Shown piece after piece: positions 14,854-18,725 of a DNA stretch of 18,725 bases. This stretch comes from an uncultured Anaerolineaceae bacterium (GTDB taxonomy: Bacteria; Chloroflexota; Anaerolineae; Aggregatilineales; Phototrophicaceae). The notes beneath the pieces are model-generated. The model was not told the origin of the DNA and searched no databases. It saw nothing but the letters and a program-made list of their open reading frames with translations. The stretch is from contig CAYQJO010000067.1 in assembly GCA_964417785.1 (NCBI GenBank), positions 1 to 18,725 of the forward strand, read 5' to 3'. A program made the position numbers and the translations under genes. Each line of letters opens with the position of its first letter. Within the stretch, counting starts at the first letter, position 1.

Positions 14854-16520
14854 AGAAGGCGCTGGCGCTGGGCGTTGTCGTCTGGCTGATGATTGGCGGT
14901 CTTGTGGCGCAGACCGGTGTGACCGCCGTTGTGGTGAACGAATACGCCAACATTCGTATCGTCCCGGCCATTGGAGCCGAGGTGATCGCGACCGTTCCTG
15001 CCGGGTATCTTTTTGACGTGATTACCGCACGAACCGGCGACAATATCTGGCTGCGCATCGACTTCAACGGTGAGGAGGGTTGGGTACACACCTCCACGCT
15101 GAGTGTGTTGACCGGCGATGCTGCCGTGCTGCCGGTGGCTGACCCACGCTCGATACCTTTTGGCGGTGTCGAAGTGCCGCGCTCCGGCCTGACCGAGGCT
15201 ACAAGCGACATCCTGGCGCGAGCAACCGACTGGCTGCGTGTGCGAGCCGGTCCCAGTACGGGCTATCCGGTCCTGGCGAATGCCCCCATAGACACCTTAA
15301 TGCCCCTGCTTGGTCGGACGGAGAGCAGCAGTTGGATTCAGGTCAATTATGAGGGTACACTCGGTTGGGTATCCAGCCGCTATTTGCAACTGCCGCTTGG
15401 TTTTGGCTTCGCTGCGCTGCCAGTCGGCGGAATTATCGCGTCCGCGCCCATTGAGAGCGCCGCTTCCGGTGAGAATTATCTGGAGGTGCTGAAGTTGATG
15501 CAATCGCGCATTGATCTGGCACAACCATCGCTGGATCAGATTCGTGCATCCTGGACCGATGCCGCGCTGACCGGGCGAGCGGCCTGTAATCAGGCCTATC
15601 CCGTGCGTCCGAGTGATTACAACATCCCCAATCCGATTCTGGCGGCGTTCTACGACCAACTGAACCCGCTGGTTGGCCTGTTCAACGATGCCATGTTCAA
15701 CGTGCGCTACGCCATTGACCTGTTTATCGACGCCTGTGAGCAGCCGGGACCGGTCAACACGGTCGGGCAGGCGCTGGTCGTCGGTGCGCTGGATACGGTG
15801 GCGCTGGCGGATGCGCAGTTTGCGGAACTGCGGCGCAAACTCAATGAGTTGATCCCGCCGCCGGTGGAGCCAGGTCTGGATCAATGTATCTTCACCTTCG
15901 CCAATCAGGTCGATATTCTGCCAGTTATCCCACTCGGCCAGATCATCACGGATGGCTTTACACCGCGCAATGTCGCCTCCGGCTATTGTGTCGATCTGGT
16001 TGAGGGGCAGTCGGTCGTGGTCGAGATTTTGCAGTTTCCTGGCAGCAACCTCGAAATGCTGTTTTCGATCAGTCCGATAGACAATCCGACCGGCTTCCTG
16101 GCGACCAACCGCAGCGATGCCACTGTGCCGCGCCAGATTGCGGGACCGGTCCCGATTCCGGCCACCGGGCGCTACATCATCATTCTGAGCCATACCGCAC
16201 TGGAACCGCCGCAGGGTGAGTTTGGTCTGCTGGTTTCAGATGCGCTGACGGCGGTACCGGGTGGCACGCTCCAGGTAGATGCGGTGACTGGCGACCTGAT
16301 CCAGGTCATGCCGACTGCCAATCCGCTGCTGCCGACGGCCATTCCCGCTGGCGGCGGTGTGTGTCCCAGCCCCAATTTGAACTGTTTCCAGCTACAATCG
16401 ATTGTGGGTGCGAATTGCGCTCTGGCACAGGCCTGCCTGACACCGGCGAATGCAGCGATTCTGGACCCGGACGGAGATGGCGTACCCTGCGAACAAATCC
16501 TCTGCCCGGAGACGTCATAG
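14850..16520 (+). CDS. Secreted multidomain protein: signal peptide, two bacterial SH3-like domains, a central Cys-containing region, a PPC-like beta-sandwich (tentative) and a C-terminal Excalibur calcium-binding motif.
   Basis: The signal peptide is MKKALALGVVVWLMIGGLVAQT. The SH3b-like segments are NIRIVPAIGAEVIATVPAGYLFDV...WLRI and WLRVRAGPSTGYPVLANAPIDTLMPLLG...WIQV. The sequence DPDGDGVPCE at the C-terminus matches the Excalibur DxDxDGxxCE signature. A GGAGGGG ribosome-binding site is present. Confidence 0.78.
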   Translation: MKKALALGVVVWLMIGGLVAQTGVTAVVVNEYANIRIVPAIGAEVIATVPAGYLFDVITARTGDNIWLRIDFNGEEGWVHTSTLSVLTGDAAVLPVADPRSIPFGGVEVPRSGLTEATSDILARATDWLRVRAGPSTGYPVLANAPIDTLMPLLGRTESSSWIQVNYEGTLGWVSSRYLQLPLGFGFAALPVGGIIASAPIESAASGENYLEVLKLMQSRIDLAQPSLDQIRASWTDAALTGRAACNQAYPVRPSDYNIPNPILAAFYDQLNPLVGLFNDAMFNVRYAIDLFIDACEQPGPVNTVGQALVVGALDTVALADAQFAELRRKLNELIPPPVEPGLDQCIFTFANQVDILPVIPLGQIITDGFTPRNVASGYCVDLVEGQSVVVEILQFPGSNLEMLFSISPIDNPTGFLATNRSDATVPRQIAGPVPIPATGRYIIILSHTALEPPQGEFGLLVSDALTAVPGGTLQVDAVTGDLIQVMPTANPLLPTAIPAGGGVCPSPNLNCFQLQSIVGANCALAQACLTPANAAILDPDGDGVPCEQILCPETS

Positions 16521-16544
16521 ATAGCATAGAAGACAGGCGCAGCA

Positions 16545-16579
16545 TACACCCCTCGCGCCACACGCACGAAGGGTGTATA
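16545..16579. terminator. Weak inverted repeat (ATACACCC ... GGGTGTAT, 19-nt loop) in the 61-bp convergent gap between the SH3b gene and the adhesin gene.
   Basis: An 8-bp inverted repeat at 16545-16552 pairs with 16572-16579. It is the only structure in the convergent intergenic region and has no clear U-tract. Confidence 0.25.
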
Positions 16580-16581
16580 GA

Positions 16582-18531
16582 TCAACCGTTGGGATTGGTT
16601 TCCGTATACAGGGTGCCGACCTCATCTGCTGTGAGGGCCTGCGTAAAAATCTGCAGGTCATAGTAGGTACCCATGAAGTGGCGGTTACTGTTGTTGCCGC
16701 GTTCGTGTCCAATGCCGAACCAGTAGGATGAATCCCAGTGATCGAAGTTGATGTTGCCGTAATCGGACCTGGACTGCGCCGCTGCACCGTTAATGTAAAG
16801 TGTGCCGGTGCCGTAGGCATAGGTGAAGACGACGTGTGTCGCCTGAGTGGAGACCCCACTCTGTTCGACCATACGCTCCATACCGTTGTCGTCGTTGGCA
16901 TCGCGACGGAACCGGACCTGCCATTTGCCGCCGTTCTGCCCCAGGGTGAAATTGCGTTTGTTGCCGTCCCAGGACAGGGTGACGATGCGGCCCGGCCCGC
17001 TCTGCGAGGTATTAGCCGGTTTGATCCAGGCCGAGATGGTGATGGCCTCGCTGGATTGGATGGCCCCGGTCAGTGTCGCGCCACTGGTACCGAAGCTGAC
17101 ATTCTGGCTGGTGATCACCAGGGCGTTGCCGGTCCAGGAGTAGCCGCTGTTGTCAGAACCGGAGGTCAGCGATAAGTTCATGCCACTCATGCGATCTGTC
17201 ACGGTGGAGCCGCTGTCCTCGAAGGCGTAGGCAACATAGGGTGCGACCGTGAAGCTATCGCAGCCATCAGGTGTGCCATCTTTGTCCACATCAATGTTGT
17301 CGTCATGGCCGGGACACTGATCGCTGGCGTCAAGTACGCCGTCGTTGTCACTATCCTGGGGTTCTGCGCCACCACCGCTGTCGTCGCTGCCGGTAGCTTC
17401 TATGATCTCGATACCGGCGATGGCCGCTTTGCGACTGTTTGGATGGCCGTCAAGCACCAGGTTCAGGTGGCCGTCGCTGACGCTCACCTCACGTTCCAGG
17501 ATCACGCTTTCCCAGGTTTGACCGGTCGTGTTAAGAGCAGAGAAACCCGTTTTCCAGGTAGTGCCTTCGACTGCCACATCCATAATCCGCTCGTAACTGC
17601 CAGTGCTGGAGTCAACGAAGTGTAACCGCACCAGATAGGTGCCGCTGGGCAGAGTAGGTGACTGCCAGGTCACCTTGCTGGGTGAATCGTTGCCCAGCAG
17701 GAAGCCGCTGCAAACCGGGTACGTCCCGCCATCCTCCCAGGAGCTTTGCCAGTCGCTGCCGTTCCAGATCAGAATGTTACGTTTGCTACAGGTGCCGTCG
17801 GATTTATTCTGGATTTCACTGGCGTCGGTTGTCAGGTCCTTGCCCACGATCCAAGTGTGGCCGTCCATTGAAACCGGCTGATACTTGCTGTAATCGGCGG
17901 TTTCATTGTTGTAGCCGGGTTCGGGCGAGCCGAAGTTGATATGGTACTCAGTGTCACAGGCATCGCCGCGATTGTCTCCATCGTAATCCGACTGACCCGC
18001 ATTTATATCGTCAGGGCAGTTGTCACTATCGTTAGGCACGCTGTCTCCGTCGGTGTCGTTGGGGTCAGTGACACTGCCCGTGCCGCCGCCACCGCCAGTG
18101 ATGGTGCCACCGTCACCGGTGCTACCGCCACCATCGCCCGTACTGCCGCCGTCATCGCCTGTGCTACCGCCGTCATCACCCGTACTGCCGCCGTCATCAC
18201 CCGTACTGCCGCCGTCATCACCCGTGCTGCCGCCGTCATCACCCGTGCTGCCACCGCCATCGCCTGTGCTGCCACCACCATCGCCTGTGCTGCCGCCACC
18301 GCTACCATACTGTTCGGGGGAATATCCACCAGCACCACCGGCATCAACCACATAGGTGGACCCATTAGGGTTGGGGTCGCCCATCTGATAAAGGATATTG
18401 CTGAAGACGTTGCCGATGGTTGGGCCTACGATCATCAGTATCACGATGACGACCAATGCCACCAGCGAGAGGATCAGCGCATACTCTGTGGTTCCTTGTC
18501 CTTTCGTAGGATTGGGGTTGCTTTTTGGCAT
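16582..18531 (-). CDS. Large surface protein with an Flp/Fap-pilin-like N-terminus (class III signal, G/XXXXEY). It is fused to GGSTGD(G/D) heptad repeats, two thrombospondin type-3 calcium-binding repeats, a malectin-like carbohydrate-binding domain and a C-terminal LamG/ConA-like jelly-roll domain.
   Basis: The N-terminus reads MPKSNPNPTKG/QGTTEYALILSLVALVVIVILMIVG. The TSP3 repeats are DPNDTDGDSVPNDSDNCPDDINAGQSDYDGDNRGDACD and DSDNDGVLDASDQCPGHDDNIDVDKDGTPDGCD. The malectin-like region runs from HINFGSPEPGY to KAAIAGIEIIE. The LamG-like region runs ITISAWIKP...FTLGQ...THVVFTY...LYINGAAA...YYDLQIF. The probable start is ATG 18531 (GAGG 8 nt upstream). The ORF track extends to a TTG at 18549. 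Confidence 0.8.
   Translation of the reverse strand: MPKSNPNPTKGQGTTEYALILSLVALVVIVILMIVGPTIGNVFSNILYQMGDPNPNGSTYVVDAGGAGGYSPEQYGSGGGSTGDGGGSTGDGGGSTGDDGGSTGDDGGSTGDDGGSTGDDGGSTGDDGGSTGDGGGSTGDGGTITGGGGGTGSVTDPNDTDGDSVPNDSDNCPDDINAGQSDYDGDNRGDACDTEYHINFGSPEPGYNNETADYSKYQPVSMDGHTWIVGKDLTTDASEIQNKSDGTCSKRNILIWNGSDWQSSWEDGGTYPVCSGFLLGNDSPSKVTWQSPTLPSGTYLVRLHFVDSSTGSYERIMDVAVEGTTWKTGFSALNTTGQTWESVILEREVSVSDGHLNLVLDGHPNSRKAAIAGIEIIEATGSDDSGGGAEPQDSDNDGVLDASDQCPGHDDNIDVDKDGTPDGCDSFTVAPYVAYAFEDSGSTVTDRMSGMNLSLTSGSDNSGYSWTGNALVITSQNVSFGTSGATLTGAIQSSEAITISAWIKPANTSQSGPGRIVTLSWDGNKRNFTLGQNGGKWQVRFRRDANDDNGMERMVEQSGVSTQATHVVFTYAYGTGTLYINGAAAQSRSDYGNINFDHWDSSYWFGIGHERGNNSNRHFMGTYYDLQIFTQALTADEVGTLYTETNPNG
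18097..18303 (-). repeat. About ten tandem copies of a 21-bp unit (consensus CGTRCTGCCGCCGTCATCRCC on the plus strand) encoding the GGSTGD(G/D) heptads of the adhesin.
   Basis: Units can be read directly at 18118, 18139, 18160, 18181, 18202, 18223, 18244 and 18265. Several are identical. Confidence 0.85.
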
Positions 18532-18653
18532 AAATAACCTCTGCTGCAATAATGACTGATAAAGTTAAAATGAAAACTTGTTGCCATTAGTGTAACAGCT
18601 TTATGCATTGAGGCTGCTGGAATTTACGGAAATTTGGTATTTTTTCAGATTTT

Positions 18654-18674
18654 CCAGGGGGACCTGCCCCCTGG
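18654..18674. promoter_or_regulatory. GC-rich palindrome CCAGGGGG-acctg-CCCCCTGG inside the AT-rich region upstream of the adhesin gene. Candidate operator.
   Basis: A perfect 8-bp inverted repeat with a 5-nt spacer lies about 125 bp upstream of the start codon. On the plus strand T-runs precede it. On the minus strand A-runs follow it. Neither orientation fits a canonical terminator. Confidence 0.3.
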
Positions 18675-18725
18675 ATGGGGTATAGGGCGCTAGACATTAT
18701 GGTGATGAGGTCTGGCTGTTGCGCA

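Noticed and set aside
15297-16193. 298-aa minus-strand ORF antisense to the SH3b/Excalibur gene.
   Set aside because: Arg-rich antisense frame. The sense frame has a signal peptide, SH3b and Excalibur motifs and a strong ribosome-binding site.
18097-18303. Possible CRISPR array suggested by regular short repeats.
   Set aside because: The 21-bp repeats are directly tandem with no spacers, sit in frame inside a coding sequence and encode a Gly-rich heptad. No cas genes or leader are present.
17941-18537. Plus-strand ORFs, including a PSPVLPP proline-repeat ORF at 18020-18355, that could be read as a proline-rich protein.
   Set aside because: They are the reverse-complement frames of the Gly-rich 21-bp repeat array inside the adhesin gene, whose minus-strand frame has clear domain homology.
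1-18725. Searched for tRNA or rRNA genes, transposase or integrase ORFs, terminal inverted repeats of IS elements, and toxin-antitoxin-sized gene pairs.
   Set aside because: Nothing found. All ORFs over 60 aa outside the called genes are antisense or overlapping frames without ribosome-binding sites.

Overview
This window is about 61% GC and, by inference only, comes from a Chloroflexota-like organism. It carries PT-rich linkers, a xanthorhodopsin-type rhodopsin and Flp-type signal peptides. There are no rRNA or tRNA genes, IS elements or CRISPR arrays.

Gene order is as follows.
- A cytoplasmic-looking HtrA-like S1C/PDZ protease on the plus strand.
- A peptide-type ABC importer with a family-5 substrate-binding protein and two permeases, but no ATPase genes.
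- An unknown 337-aa protein on the plus strand.
- A membrane-anchored endonuclease/exonuclease/phosphatase (EEP) protein on the plus strand.
- A tight minus-strand operon: a parvulin peptidyl-prolyl isomerase (PPIase) lipoprotein, then a 33-aa transmembrane micro-ORF, then two overlapping paralogous membrane proteins, each with a single transmembrane helix, a PT-rich linker and a two-cysteine C-terminal domain.
- An aldo/keto reductase on the plus strand.
- A microbial rhodopsin on the minus strand with a DTE proton-pump motif and the xanthorhodopsin-type Trp-to-Gly antenna substitution.
- An nfeD-flotillin pair on the minus strand.
- A HEAT-repeat protein translationally coupled to a secreted SH3b/Excalibur protein on the plus strand.
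- A 649-aa surface protein on the minus strand whose N-terminus is an Flp-pilin-type class III signal. It is fused to Gly-rich heptad repeats, two thrombospondin type 3 (TSP3) calcium-binding repeats, a malectin-like domain and a LamG/ConA-like domain.

The most likely undescribed systems are the PPIase operon with its micro-ORF and paralogous membrane proteins, and the Flp-anchored lectin-like adhesin. The rhodopsin, with no retinal-synthesis gene nearby and an AT-rich promoter island, is also notable.
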